Part shown: positions 28,501 through 43,199 of the stretch, piece after piece | Layout of the letters: each line of letters opens with the position of its first letter | Position numbering within the stretch: position 1 is the first letter of the stretch | DNA from: Paraspadella gotoi | Lineage: Eukaryota > Animalia > Chaetognatha | DNA length: 64,000 bases | Assembly: GCA_051294375.1 (NCBI GenBank) | Contig: CM119269.1 | Span: forward strand, 9,001,619-9,065,618 | Reading direction: 5' to 3' | Position numbers and translations under genes: made by a program | Notes under the pieces: generated by a model | Told to the model about the DNA's origin: nothing | What the model saw: only the letters and a program-made list of their open reading frames with translations | Databases searched by the model: none

Positions 28501-31500
28501 AAAATGGTCTAAATATTCGTTTGAGCACTGTACTCACGTCTAAATTTTTGACTCACTCCATTTGAGTGCGTCTACTCCCTACCTCAGTAACCTAATTTTT
28601 ATACAAAGCCAACTATTATACTTAATTCGAATTTAAATAAATAATTAAAAAAATACAATAAGGCTGAAAATTCAATGTCATTTTTTTGCTCTAAACCGAG
28701 TTATTGGAAATGTCGCATCAGCTCACCGACAGTGAGTCGACTCACAGCCACAGAGCCGCAATAACCAACAAGAGTCTTTTATTTTTTTAACTTAAATGGT
28801 ATTTCTCACTTATACGAGTCAAGGAATATGAGAGCGTGCTTTTGAAATAAATATAGATCGAACAAATCGCTTGTAATTAAGAAAAAAAATAAGGGAAAAT
28901 AAATTCAACAAGTAAATTTTAGAAAAGAGGAAAAAAATACAAAGGAAAAAAAAAAAAAAAGAGAAAGGAAATAATTTAAAAAAGGAAAGAAAAGCAAGAA
29001 GGATAAAGAGAATTGAAAATAAAGACAAAACAGAACGAAGAGGGAGAAAGAAGAATTAAAAAAGGAAAGAAGGAGAGAAGGAGAGAAGGAAATAAAAAAG
29101 GAAGAGAAGGAAGAGAAGAAGAATGAAAAGAAAGGAGAAAGAAGAAAGAAACTATAATAGGGAGTCGGCGAAAAACGGGCGCGCGGGAAAAGAGAGAAAA
29201 AAGAAAATCGGTGAACGAAGTTAGAAATCGGTTTGAAAGACAAACTGAGTTTTGAACGTAAGTACGTATCAACGTAAGAATCAGGAGATAAAAAACCAGA
29301 GTCTCGTGAGAGGTAATCCAAATTCACAACAAACAAGAAATAAAAAACAGATTGGGAAAGAGGAATTAGGAGAGAGGAGGGAGGACAGGGAGAAGGAGAG
29401 CGAGGGAGAAAAGGAAAGGAAAAAGGGAAGAAAGGAGGAAAGATGATACGGGAGACAGAAAGGAAAGGAAGAAAAAACAGAGTAAACAACTGAGAAGAAA
29501 GAGAGGAGAAGAAAAGGAAGAAAGGTAGAGGGGAGAGATACGGCGGGCATCAAGTGGAAATTGGGTGGAAAGGGAAGAAAGAATACAGATGACGAGAAAA
29601 GGAAGATGCGAGAAAGAAAGAAGATCAGGTGCGGAAGTAATGGTGCGACTTTCGGAATTATAAACTCCAGAATATAAAAGTAGAGGTATTATTAATAAAA
29701 TATTGGGGTGGAGTCCGTGAAAACGTACTGNNNNNNNNNNNNNNNNNNNNNNNNNTCCTTGGATTCCATCAACGCACAACTTCGCCATAAATCTCGACTC
29801 GAATCGGCGTCGAGGGATCGAGACTCCGAAGGCCGGTCAAACGAATGGGGAGAGGATGAGGAAGAGTAGGAGGAGGAAGAGGATGAGGAAGAGGAGAAGG
29901 ATGAGGAGGAGNNNNNNNNNNNNNNNNNNNNNNNNNNNNNNNNNNNNNNNNNNNNNNNNNNNNNNNNNNNNNNNNNNNNNNNNNNNNNNNNNNNNNNNNN
30001 NNNNNNNNNNNNNNNNNNNNNNNNNNNNNNNNNNNNNNNNNNNNNNNNNNNNNNNNNNNNNNNNNNNNNNNNNNNNNNNNNNNNNNNNNNNNNNNNNNNN
30101 NNNNNNNNAAAAAAAAACATCTTCAGATTTCATAAAAAAAAATAGAAGTTGAGATGGGATTTGGAGTTTGAGCCGAAAACAAATAGGAGAGACGAAGGAA
30201 TCTATCTTACATCGAGGTGTGATTTTGATGGTTGTCTTCGTCTTCGTTGTCGTTGTCGTCGTCGTCTTTGGCATCGTCATCGTCTTCTTCGTCGTCGTCA
30301 TCCCAGTAATAACAGAAATCGTCATTTGGTTTTTTTTAAACCACAACTAAATTTGCCACGTGTCATTTTCGATACGGGTTGCTTCAATCTCTAACATTGT
30401 TGCCACCAATCTACGCCTCCGCTGCAGCCTCCAGCGCGGAAGCGCCCGCTGCCGCCGGGGTCGCAGCCGCCGCCGCCGCCGCCGCCGCCGTCGCCGCTGC
30501 CGCCGCCGCCGCCAACGAAGCTCGAAGGTTTTTTTAATGAAATTCCTTAAATTTTCTCCGCCAGATTTTTTTTTCAGCCAGAAATGTCTTAAATAAGCAT
30601 GATGTCAGGCAAAGCAGAGAGAGAGAGAGAGAGAGAGAGAGATGAAAAATTTTTTTTACGGAAAATGATCTAGTTTTTATTCTCATTTTCGGATGGAAAA
30701 AACGAGCTCGGGCACGAAGAAGAGGAATGAAGGCGCCTGGTATTTTTTATTTAGGCGACGTGAGTTTAGGTGCCTTTTATGAGGGTGGCGGGAATAAAGA
30801 TGCTTATTATTAAGGAGCCAGGAATTAGGGTGTCTGTTTTCACAGCGAACACGAATTAGAAGTCAGTTCGGATTGAATGTCGATTGTAGATTCTGTTCCA
30901 AACGCACGACGAGATTGAAATACGGGTCTCTTTTCCAAAAGCACCCCATTTTTGTTCATTAATAAACGCAGCGCACGCACTCCACCACGCGTAAAAAGCT
31001 ATGATGGCTGGGCCACTTCCCTTCCTCGGCCGTGCACCGATCTGACATCGAACCGCGTCTTCGGCCCGCGCGTCTCTTCTCTCTCTCTCTCTCTCTGCTC
31101 TCTCTCCTCTCGTCTCTCTTCTCCTCTCCTCAATACTCTCTCTCCTCTCCTCTCCTCCTCTCTCTCTCTTTTAGTATTTTAGGGGAACCACCGCGCAACC
31201 AGTGCATCAGCATTTAAGCCAGTTTCATAACATGTCTTTTCTTTTGTTTCTCCGATTTGCTTATCTCGCTCTTTCCCTTTTTATTTTTTATAGTTCCCGG
31301 TTGAGCGTTCTTACCGGATCCACTATTCTCTTTGCTTCCTTTTTATGTGGATTTCGTAATATTTTTTTCTCCCATCTTCTTTTCTATTCCCTACTCCTCT
31401 CCTCTACTTTACAGTGGTTATCAAAAAACGAAGAACAAAACCTTTCTTTTTCCCCGTAAATAAGCTGAGAAGAGAAAAATTAACCCAGATACTCCGCCCG

Positions 31501-31765
31501 ACATAAAAAACTTTGTTTGCAATGGACAGCTAAAAAAAAAATAAACGATTGTGACATTGCTTTTATTTACTCATTCGGGAAAATATTTTATTTCACACTT
31601 TGGAATCGTCTTAAAAATTCGACCATTTACTTTTTATAAGAAGACCCAAATACATACGCACTGCAAAAAAAAAGAAAGAACATTTTCCAAATGATGACAC
31701 ATACTATCTAATAGTAAATTTTCTATAATCAATTATCAGCTTTTCAGAGAATGATCTAACCCAAT

Positions 31766-33221
31766 ATCAAATCATGAGAAACAAAAAAGCTCAGACATTA
31801 ACTCAGGCACATGACAGCTCACTCTTTCCAATCCTTCTCTACGCGTTACTTTTCCGCGCGGTTTGTTTGACTCAAACTCTTTGCAATCTTTCCTTCATTC
31901 GCCGCAATCGTGGAAGATGAGCAAGCTCGTAAAAAGTCCCACCCACATTTCCGTGGACATATTCCTCCTCAGCCTCACGCAAGATTCCCTTCATCTTCGG
32001 TCATTCCCATTTCCTCGAACTTCTGGCAGAATTTCCACGCCCGAGGGGTGGTCCCTCGATGCCTTCGCTCACGGTTCCAGTGGTCAGAGAACTTCCAAGA
32101 ATGAATTCGAGAGGCTTCGCGCTCCACTGCCGATGCGATCTCACGTCAGCTCTCGGTCCTATCTCGTCATTCCGCTGGTCAACATTTGCGCGAGTACAGG
32201 CACGATCCTCGTCTTGAGAAATGAGACATGACCTTTCAGTTCTCGTCCGTCGACGAAGTCGTGACGATCGGCGTCGTCCGCCCCCGCACTGTCAACAGGG
32301 AAGGGAGAAATCGTCAATGAGTCTTTGTTTCTGGCACGATCGTGCGCGTGAATCGTCTCCTCTCGGGGTCTCACACTAGTCTGCTGCCAATATCTTTTTC
32401 TTTCGAAATTTCAACGTCTGAGCAATTAGTCTCCACGAATACTTTCGTCCCTGTCTATCGGCTAACGCATCGATCACAATGTCAGCGCATCTCGCGACAA
32501 CGCGTCTACTGCTGCCTTAACGCCGGTCTTTTTCAAATTTTAAATCTCATTTTTTTCGCACAGCTCGGAATGTACGCTCCTTGGTAATTTCGAGGCGCTT
32601 TACAACGCTTCCGGTCAGCAAATGCAGGGCAGGGTGAAGAAATCGGAAAGAGATTGCAAGTGTCCTCCGTACGAATCCTGAACACGCAAGACTCAGGTTT
32701 TCAACCTCCTAGATCTTAACCCACTTGGCGTGCGTTGTACTGTTACGCGAGAGCTTCCAGCCTGTGGTAGCATGTTTAACAGCTGAAGCAAAAAATAACT
32801 GATACGCGAAGCTTATTTCTAACCCACTCTAGCAACCCATCGGAACGGGTCGTCGGGCTTCAAGGGGTTTGGTTTTACGCGCCCATCGCCAACGGCTCCT
32901 GCTCTTCGGCGCAGGTACCATCCAATGGTCACTCGATGTTTAAAAAGGTTATACCGAGATAATTGAATCAGGGCAATCCAGCTTACGTTTCAAGACAATC
33001 AATGTTCTCAAATAAAATATTTTCCGGCCAAATATGAGAGGGAACGTAATTACGTACGTACCGAGGTTGTACGAAATACATCGAAGTACGGCGCATCCAT
33101 CAGTTGAATCAAAAGTGTAAATTAAAAGTAATCTCATTTCATTTCCGTGGTCCGATTTACGACAACAGGAATCGAATCGAGTCGAAAATGGATTTGACGA
33201 AATGTTTTTGAAAATATTCAT
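31766..33221 (-). pseudogene. Frameshift-riddled second copy of the BTB gene; more likely uncorrected long-read sequence than a true pseudogene
   Basis: Same exon and intron sequence as 24015-25350 (MNIFKNI..., YTFDSTDGCA, VDGRELK, MLTSGMT) with many 1-2-bp insertions. Confidence 0.7.
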
Positions 33222-33332
33222 GGCGAAAGAATAACTGAAAATAAACGTTAAAAATCTTTATTTAGATAATTCCTTAGCTTTTATCGCGAGAAAAACAAAA
33301 GCGGAACAGAGGCGTTGATCTGGGCGAAAACT

Positions 33333-33423
<91 letters not shown>

Positions 33424-35639
33424 GCGATGAGTCAGAGACAACCAGTTTGGAGGACCGGTTGTTATACTTTTTGTCCTCACACCGAATCTTTCGATGTTCT
33501 CTTCTCAGAAAGGCTTCACCTCTTTTCTGAGAAAAAAAAAAAAAAAACAAAAATTTACAGTCGAATATAGTGATAAAATAATAAGAATTAAAATGTTAAA
33601 GAACAACAAAATGATTTGACCGTTAATTTAAAAATCAATTTTTGTTAACGTTTCTTTACTTAAATTATAAATGTATCTTAAAAAATGTATTGTTTCATCA
33701 ATTAATTTCCATAATTCCATTTTATTCCAACATAATTTGTTTCATGCAATTCTCAACGGTTTTCCACACATTTCATCGACCTTTTCCTCCTACGATTTTG
33801 TCGATTTTTCTCTCAATTCTGCATTTCTATTAATTCTACGTCGATTTCAATTTATTCAACCAATTTATATACAAATTATTGCATCGATTTCCATTTATCT
33901 CGATAGATTTTTTTTTTTCTTCATAAATTTCATAATTTCTATGCAAAATAAATTCATTCTGATTTCCATAGATTTCCATTCTTTCATTATTATTATTGAA
34001 TTTATATCATTTTATCGATTTTCTTTCATTCCATGCGATCTTCAATTCATTCTATAAATTTCCATTTCACCAAATTTCTATTTTTTTTCTATTCGATTTC
34101 CATTCATTCCATCCCCTGGATTCCATAACGCACAACTATCGGCATAATCTCGACTCGAACGGGCGGTCGAGGGATCGGAGAACTCCGAAGCCCGGTCAAA
34201 CAATGGGGAAGGATGAGGAAGAGTAGGAAGGAGGATAGATGAGAAACAGGATGCAGGAGGAGGAGGAGGACGAGGACGAGGAGGGGGAGGCCAGGAAAAG
34301 GAAAACTGAGGTTAAGAGAAGGTGATAAATTTTCCAACCAAGATGTAAGAGATGTATAGTTTTCCTCATTTTCACTCTACTTTCCGAATCTCTCTCTCTC
34401 TCTCTCTCTCTACTCCCTCCTTCTCTCCCTCATCTCCCTCTCTCTCTCTCTCCGTTCACTCTCCTCTTCTTCCTCCTCTCTGCTCTGTTCCCTCATACTG
34501 ACGTGCTGCTTCCAGTACTCCTTCTCTCTCAAGAACTCTTAAAATTAATCCTAATTGTTCAGGAGCGCGGATAAATCATTAATTCTAATATGTTTCCCAA
34601 CTCCTACCCAGAAAATACACACTCTCTTCGCAGTTTTCCACACGTATGGAGAAATAAAAATACATCTTCACGCATTCATAAAAAAAATAGAAGGTTGAGG
34701 ATGGGAATTTGGAGTTTGAGCGAAAACAAAAAGGAGAGACGAAGGAATCTATCTCTACAATCGAGGTGTGATTGTTGATGGTTGTGCTTCGTCTTCGTTG
34801 TCGTCGTCCGTAGGTCTTTGGCAGTCGTCTATACGTCTCTTCGTCGTCGTTCATCCCAGTAAATACAGAAATCGTCATTTGGTTTTTTTTAAACCACAAT
34901 AAATTTGCCACGGTCATTTTCGATACGGGTGCTTCAATCTCTAACATTGTTGCCCACCAGAGATCTAGCTCCGCTGCACGCCTCCAGCGCGGAAGGCCCG
35001 CTGCCGCGGGGTCGCAGCGCCGCCAGGCCGCCGCCGCCGCCGCCGCCGCCGGGGCCGCCGCGTGCCGCCGCCGCAACCGAAGCTGAAGGTTTTTTAATGA
35101 ATCTTAATTTTATCCGCCAGATTTTTTTTTCAGTCCAGAATGTCTTACAATAAGCATTGATGTAGGCACAACAGCAAGAGAGAGAGAGAGAGAGGAGAGA
35201 AGAATGAAAAATTTATTTTTACGAAAATGATCAGTTTTATTTCTCTTTCGGATGGAAAAAACGAGGCGTCGGCCACTGAAGAAGAGGAATGAAGGCGCCC
35301 GTATTTTTTATTTAGGCGACGTGAAGTTTAGGTGCTCTTTTATGAGGGTGGCGGGAATAAAGATGCTTATTATTAAGGAGCCAGGAATTAGGTGTCTGTT
35401 ATTCAACCAGCGAACACGAATAGAAGTCAGTTCGGATATGAAATTCGATTGTAAATGATCTGTTCCAGAACAGGCACGACGAGATTGAAATAAACGGGTC
35501 TCTTTTCTCAAAAGCACCCCATTTTTGGTTCATTAATTAAAATCCAAATTTTTTTACCCTAATCAATGTGTTTAACCTATAACCAAAATTTTAGTCTTAT
35601 TTTCACACTTCAAAATCAAATCGGAAATCTCTAACACTA

Positions 35640-37190
35640 ACCTATAACTTAGCGGGTAGCCGACCAAAATTCAAATTATAAAATGGGAACAGCATTAAAC
35701 TATCCTTAATTGGTATTAATTATTGTGTTAAAATATTTTTTTGGCAAATGTTCCGAACCATGAGTAATTCCTAATTATATTATTATATGCTATATATTGT
35801 TAAAATTTTTTTTTGATATTTTAAGTTTTTTAATTGATTCTGATAGAGCTTTAAAAAGTTAACAAAAAATATAATTACAACTTTTTAAAATTTTGATGTT
35901 TTAATTACTAAAAATTAGTAAAAAACTGCTAAAATCATCGGATGATGAATGATGATGAATGATTTTTTAAGGTTTTTGCTCCTCATTTAACGCGCCACTT
36001 ATCATCAACAAATATTGAAAAAAAAGAATTATACTTTGTGTAGATAACTTTTCATAAGCTATTTTGGAAATCCGCTTTTAAAAAGAAAAACTTCAAAAAA
36101 TTTTTTTGACATTTCTACTATAAATAAATATTAAAAAATAATTCCTAAATGCTTCTAGCCATTTAGAAAATTTTGCTCCATTGAAAGTTTTCCTCCAGAA
36201 ATGTATAAGTTTCATTTGAAGGTTCCCAAATCAAACTTCTGACCACCCATTGACGAAGTTTTGGCTCTACTCATAATAACTCTGTAATTCTTGTTTCTTT
36301 CCCCAATCAGTTAATCCCTAAGTAAGCCATAGCGATGAAATTTAAAATGCTAATGTAATACAGCGTTTAAAAATAATCTATATGAACCATAGATTATGGT
36401 ATTGAAAATATTTTTTGGGTCAAAAATGCTTTCCTTCTGAGGGTACTCGCCTAATTAAAATATTATATTATTATATAGAGAAAAAATATTTTTTTAAATC
36501 TAAAATTTATTGATGGATTCTGATAGAGCCATAAAAATTAAACAAAAATTATATTACAGCTTTTTAAAATTCTTACGTTTGCTAAGTGAAAATGATAAAA
36601 AAACTGATAAAATCATCGAAAAGATGATGATGATGATGATTTTTATAGTTTTTTCTTCTTATTTTTGAACACAGCTGACGTAAAATATTTAAAAAAGAAT
36701 CATACTTGTAGTAGACACTTTTTAATGAGCTATCTGAATCTGGTCTTAAAATTAAAAATTCAAAAAATTTGGGCCTTTCCTATCTATGTATTAAATATAA
36801 TATAAGTAATATCTTAAGTAAATAAATATCTAAGTAATAAATATTAAAAAATTAATTACTAGGTATAGAGCCAATATTAGAAATTTTTTGTTCCATTGAA
36901 AGTATTCTAAAAATGTCAATATTCGTTTGAGCATGTACTCTCACTCTAAATTTTTGACTCACTCCATTGAGTGCGTCCTACCCCCTACCTAAGTACCTAA
37001 TTTTTTAAAACCAAAAAATAATACTTAATTTCAATTTTAAGATACAATATTAAAAAAATAAAGTAAAGGCCTGAAATTCAATGTCATTTTTAATTTTGCT
37101 TAAACTATTTAATTGAAATGTGATCACTCAAGCACAGTGATAATACCAATTTAGTTCGCCGGCAATAACAGAGGTCTTTTATTTTTGTAA
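35640..37190. repeat. AT-rich element made of two diverged ~680-bp units (possible non-autonomous DNA transposon or satellite)
   Basis: ~35760-36290 and ~36440-36960 share collinear motifs (GATTCTGATAGAGC, AAAATCATCG...GATGATG, AAAAAAGAAT.ATACTT, AGAAA.TTTT.TCCATTGAAAGT). Confidence 0.55.
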
Positions 37191-38425
37191 CATTAAGTGG
37201 GAGCAACAACGAGTCAAGAGGAATAAGGAAAAGTCGTTGCTTTTTGAATTAATATTAGATCGAACAAATCCTTGTAAATAAAAAAATAAGGGAAAAATAA
37301 ATTTCAACAATAAATTTTAGAAAAGGAGGAAAAAAAATACAAAGGAGAAAAAAGAAAAAAAGAGAAAGGAAATAATTTAAAAAGGAAAGAAAAGCAAAGA
37401 GGATAAAAGAGATTAAAAAAAGAAAAAAAAAAAAAAAGNNNNNNNNNNNNNNNNNNNNNNNNNAGGGAGAAAGAAGAATTAAAAAAGGAAAGGAAGGAGA
37501 GAAGGAGAAAAGAAAATTAAAAAAGGAAAGGAAGGAAGGAGAGAAGAGAATTGAAAAAGGAAAGGAAGAAAGGAAGAAAGGAGAACATATAATAGGGAGT
37601 CGGCGAAAAACGCGCGCGGGAAAAAAAAAAAGAAAAGTCGGTTGAACGAAGTTCGTAAATCTGTTGAAAGATCAAACTGAGTTGGAACGTAAACCTATCA
37701 ACGTAGAATCAGGGACGGAATAAAAAACCAGAGTCTCGTGCGAGGAAATCAAATTCACAACAACAAAAGGAAATAAAAAGATGGAGGAAAGAGGAATTAG
37801 GAGAGAGGGAGGGAGGAAGGAAAGGGAGAAGGAGGAGAGAGGGAGGAAAAGGAAAAAGGAAAAAAGGGAAGAAAGGGAGGAAAGATGAGTACGGGAGGAA
37901 AGAAAGGAAAGGAAGAAAAAACAGAGTAACAACTGAGAGAAGGAGAGGAGAGAAAAGGAAAGAAAAGGTAGAGAGGGAGAGATACGGCGGGCATCAAGTG
38001 GATTTGGGTGGAAAGGAGAAAGAATACAGTTGACGAGAAAAGGAAGGGATGGCGAGAAAAGAAAGAGATAAGGCGAAGTAATTGTGCGGAATTTCGAATT
38101 TATAAACCAGGATATAAAATTAGCAATTTATTATGTAAATTAAAATATTTTGGGTTTATTCCGTGGAAAACGTCACTTTAAAAAAAGGGCGGTTATTTCA
38201 TAGAGGCGAATTAAACGCGATCAGTCTAAACCTAAATATTATCATCAGGTCCCTTGTAATAAATAACTTATTAAAATTGTCAGCACTAACATAAAATATA
38301 TAATTAAAAGCTTTTCGCCTTCGAAACCCAAAAAATAAAAGTCCAACTTTTGACCCTTTCCTCCGATTAACCATTTTTACAACGGGCAGTGAGAGTAGAG
38401 AGAGAGAGAGATGAGAGAGAGAGAG

Positions 38426-38449
<24 letters not shown>

Positions 38450-38479
<30 letters not shown>

Positions 38480-41400
38480 AGAAGAGAGAAACCAGCGCGC
38501 TTTTGTGTGGCAGAAATGACCCAAACGGTCCCGGGCCGAACGCCGCCCGCCTTTTCAGCGGCCCCAAGAAAAAGGAGATCATAAATATTTTGGGGTCAAG
38601 ATTATTCCAGAAAAGATTGGGTTTAAAAACCGCCAAGTTGGCATTTACGGAACAAATAAAAGAACCAATCCAGAGGAAGAAGTTGAGGAGGGGGAGAAGA
38701 AGGAAATGATTGGAGGAAGGAAGAAAGGGAAGAAAGGAAAAGAAGGTGGAAAGGAGAGAATGACTGAAAAGGTTGGAAGGAAATATTAAAGAAAGACGAG
38801 GAGGCAAAACGAAATTAAGAACCCACGGGCGGAAAGAATTATAAATAAAAACTATCAATGAAAAGTCTAGAGAATTAAAAAGAAAGAAAAAAAGAAAGAT
38901 CCAAAGGCCGACGACAAGAAGGAAAGTGTCAGAAATTAGAAATGAAGTAAAATTTGAGAAAAATTGAATAGAAAAAAACAGAAAAGAAAAAGAAGAAAAT
39001 GAAAAAAAAAAAAGGAAGTGGAAGGAAACACTGAGAGGGGAGGCGGGAAGGTGAAGCGCCGATGAACGGCCAAGGCGGAAAAGAAAAAGGAAGAAAAGAA
39101 GAAAAAACAAAAGAAGGAAAGGAAAAAGGAAAATATTCGAATACGCAGCGAAATATCAAAGAATTGGGATACTGCGTTCGGAGACGTTGAATTACTAGTG
39201 TCCCTTGTGGGGGAAAAGATTATGCTTTTGTGATGTTAGCTTCTACAAAGCTTCTTGTTAATACTGATTAATCGTCTACAAGCCACCACACCTTCCGATT
39301 GCTTCTGACCCCATTCAACCAGGAAACCACAAGCATTTCCTATGTTTAACCTTTAGACACTGGCAGCCAAAAGCGCGAAGCACAAAGAAAAGAACAAATA
39401 TCCCTAAAATTCGCTTTTTTTTTTCTCCAAGATCCTTAACTCGCCACCCCTCTTGAAACTTCGAGTCAGCAATCCCCACGCTTGGCTCATTTGGTCTTTC
39501 CTTCCGAAGTCGCACCACGACCCAAATTCTCCGGCGCGTCTTGACGCTCGATCTTTGAGCCAACCAGGGGACTCATTGCATCGCTGCGTAATCTGCAAGC
39601 ACTTGCACAGCTACAACTGCTTAGAAAGGAAATCAGTAGCAATCGTGGACAGCCAACCAACTAAGCGCGGGCGCCCGCGCGGCTCCTTCCGATACGCCCG
39701 CGTTCTATATGAAGGACACATAACGATTCTGCCGACAACCCCGCTCGTTTTCCCGCTCTTGCTCTTGTCTCTCGCGCCTCAGTTCCCTCCACCGCACTTC
39801 AGTAGGCAAACGCGGCCCATACACTCTGCGGGCCATCCAAAACCGAACCACCCAACCTGACACCACACCACAACCATACCGCCTTCAATCTTCTTCTCTT
39901 CGTTTCGTCGACTCCAGTCCCGTCTTCGCCTCTTTGGATTTGACGACACACTCGAAACCGTTGCGAGAATGTAATTTCGTCCATCGTCGTCGGGACATCT
40001 CATCCGTCGTCGTCTGCTTTCTCATCGTCGTCGTCTGCTACGGAATTGCTCTGACTCTTGGTTTCCCTGCGATTCCTCTTTTTTTATTTTCCTTTTTTTG
40101 CTTCACACCNNNNNNNNNNNNNNNNNNNNNNNNNAGAGAGAGAGAGAGAGAGAAACAAGCGCGCTTTTGTGTGGCAGAAATGACCCAAACGGTCGGGCCG
40201 AACGCCGCCCCCTTTCAGCGGCCCCAAGAAAAGGAGGATCATAAATATTTTGGGGTCAAGATTATTCCAGAAAAGGATTTTGGGTTTAAACCGCAATGTT
40301 GGCATTTACGGCCAAATAAAAAGAACCAATCAGAGACAGAGTTGAGAGGGGAGGAGAGAAGGAAGGATGTGGAGGAAGAAAGAAAAAGGGAGGAAGAAGA
40401 AGGTGGATAAAGAGAATGACGAAAAGGTTTGAAGGAAATATTAAAGAAGAGAACGAGGAAGGCAAAACGAAATTAGAACCAGGAAAGAATTATAAAATAA
40501 AAATATCAATGAAATAGTTAGAGAATTTAAAATTAGAAAGAAGAAAAAAAAAGATCAAAGGCCGACGACAAGAAGGAAAGGTAGAATTAGAAATGAAGTA
40601 AAATTGTGAATAATTGAATAGAAAAAAACAGAAAAGAAAAAGAAGAAAATGAAAAAAAAATGGAAGTGAGAAGGAAAACTGAGAGGGGAGGCGGGAAGGT
40701 GAAGCGCCGATGAAGCGCCAAGGCGGAAAAGAAAAGGAAGAGAAAAAGAAAAAAGAAAAAGAAAGGAAAAAGAAATAATTCGAATGACGCAGCGAATATA
40801 AGAGAATTGGTAGGATATGCGTTCGGGACGTTGAAGTTACTTAGTGTCCCTTGTGGGGAGAAAAGATATGCTTTGTGATGTTAGCTTACAAAAGCACTTC
40901 TGTTAATCACTGATAATCGTTAAAGCCAACTTGATGTCTGACATAACCAGAAAACAAGTTTCCATTTTAAATTAGAAATGAAAAGGGAAGAAAAGAAAAG
41001 AAAATATCTAATTCGTTTTTTTTTCTCCAAATTTATCGCCACTCATTTGAAATTCGATGTCGAATCCACGTTGCTCATTTGTTTTTTCGAGTCGCACGAA
41101 AATTTCGGCGCCGTTTGACGCTGATTTGACGCCAAGGGGATCTTGCATCGCTGTGTATTGCACACTTGCACAGTACAATGCTTAGAAAGGCAAATCAGTA
41201 GCAATGTGGAAGCAAACCAATAAGGGGGCCGGGGCCCTTCCGATACCGGTTCTATATGAAGCGACACAGATTCTGCCGAGAAACCGTCGTTTTCCGTTGT
41301 TAGTTTCGGTCAGTTCAGATTGAGTGGAAAAAAGGGCCACATAATTGGGCCATAAAACGAACAACCAATGACAACAACAACAACAACCGCTTAATTTCTT

Positions 41401-41585
41401 TTTCGTTTCGTGACTTCGTTTGCCTTTTTGGATTTGAACGACATCGAAAACGTGTGGAGAATGTAATTTCGTCATCGTCGTCGACATCATCATCGTCGTC
41501 GTTGTTTTCATCGTCGTCGTCCTGTGGACGGAATTGCTTGACTTTGTTCCCTGATCTCTTTTTTTTTATTTTCCTTTTTTGTTCA
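38450..41585. repeat. ~1.5-kb tandem duplication on either side of the 25-N gap at 40110-40134
   Basis: GCGCGCTTTTGTGTGGCAGAAATGACCCAAACGGTC starts both copies, and both end at TTTTTTATTTTCCTTTTTT(T)G(C)TTCAC. Confidence 0.85.
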
Positions 41586-42704
41586 CGTTTATTGTTGACA
41601 TAAGATATTTTTGCAACCATTCCCGCAATTATTTGTTTGCTCTGTTTTCTTTTCAGAAAAAAAAAATTATTGTTGCATTTATGCCTTGATGCATTAAAAT
41701 TTGAAGTATATCTAAAATAAAATCTTATTAAAAAAGTTCTAAAAACTCCACATTAACTTTGAATCCAAGAGCGAGGCGACATTGTCAGGGGGGAGGGGGA
41801 AACGCCCGGCCCCGACGGGAGGTCCCTCTCTTAATTGAATGAACAAGAAAATCTCGATTTGCCAATAAAAGCCTCATAAATTCAGAGTTTCGGTTCCCAC
41901 CTTCGTCTCACCCGTCTTGGAGCTTACTCACCATCCTTTTCTACTCGACCTCCTTTTTGCTAACTTACCTTGCTCCGACAATACTTCTGTCCGCCTCACC
42001 TTTTTTGACTTTTTCGCTTGAGAAGAAATTCATTTGATGGGCGTCAAAATTTGCAAACGTATTTGACCAGATTTACGGACTGATCAGTGACCATGCAATG
42101 ACCTGCAGTGACCTGCTATGTCATTACCTTGTAAGAGTGATGGAGGCCTTAGACCACCATAGCCTGTCCGAAGTCAGGGGTAAGATGGCTTATATATTGA
42201 ATTAATTGATAATTTTATTTTTATTGCACCAACTTCCTGATAGTATTTTTCTCAAGGCGCTTGATGTTTTCGTCGTCATTTTAATTACCACTTCGTTGAC
42301 GTTATCATCGTCGTCATCGTCATCGTGATTGTCGTCGTCGTCATCATCATCATCGTCATCATCATCTTCTTCGTAATCGTGATTGTCGTCGTCATCGTCG
42401 TCGTCATTATCCTCAAAGAAATTCTTCCCTCGATGCGTCAAATTCGCTTGACGAATGACGAAGTGACCACAAAGTGATAAAAGGTCGGCGGAGGACGAGG
42501 TTGATGGCACTTTAGGCGATGGCACCGAGATGGCGTCGAGATGGCACCGAGATGGCACGGGGATGGCATCGATATGGCGAACTAACGGCCGGAGCCAATG
42601 ACCAAAGCGATGACCGTCTTGTCCAAAGTGACAAAGGTTCCTCTTTCGCCCTATTATTCTCGGATACTGAAAAAGATTAGGACAAAGACAGACGGTGGGT
42701 GCTG

Positions 42705-42755
<51 letters not shown>

Positions 42756-43161
42756 CCAATCATCTTTTCGGTCGTTTCGATGATCATTATCATCATCATC
42801 GTCATCATCTTTGCCTCTCAAAATTTCATAAATTTTTTTTCTCATCTTTTTCAATTTAAATTTAATTAATTAGTAATTTAAAAATTTTTAAAGAAAAAAA
42901 ATTACATTAATACCATTAAAAACATTAAAATCTACAAAATGATACGTAATTTTTATTTTTACGGCATTAAATATTTTAGTTTCAAAATTTTTAAATTTTA
43001 ATCATCAGATTTTCTTTTTGGTCACAAACTAACAGTACAGTAAGTAATACCCGTTAGGAAAACTCAATTTTGCTTTGAAGTCATAATTCTGGTCGCTGCC
43101 CAGAAAACGATACTTTTTCCCCCTGGCTTCTGCTGTGTCAATCTCCATGGCGACAACGACG

Positions 43162-43199
<38 letters not shown>

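Noticed and set aside
31766-33221. Genuine tandem BTB paralog cluster
   Set aside because: Divergence is dominated by scattered 1-bp insertions across exon, intron and flanks alike, which fits raw long-read error better than evolution.
43141-43154. RFX X-box-like motif (GTCGCCATGGAGAT on the - strand) or a start codon for MEIDTAEARG...
   Set aside because: It is 7 kb from DNAI4, and the following donor gives no open splice path to the next candidate exon.
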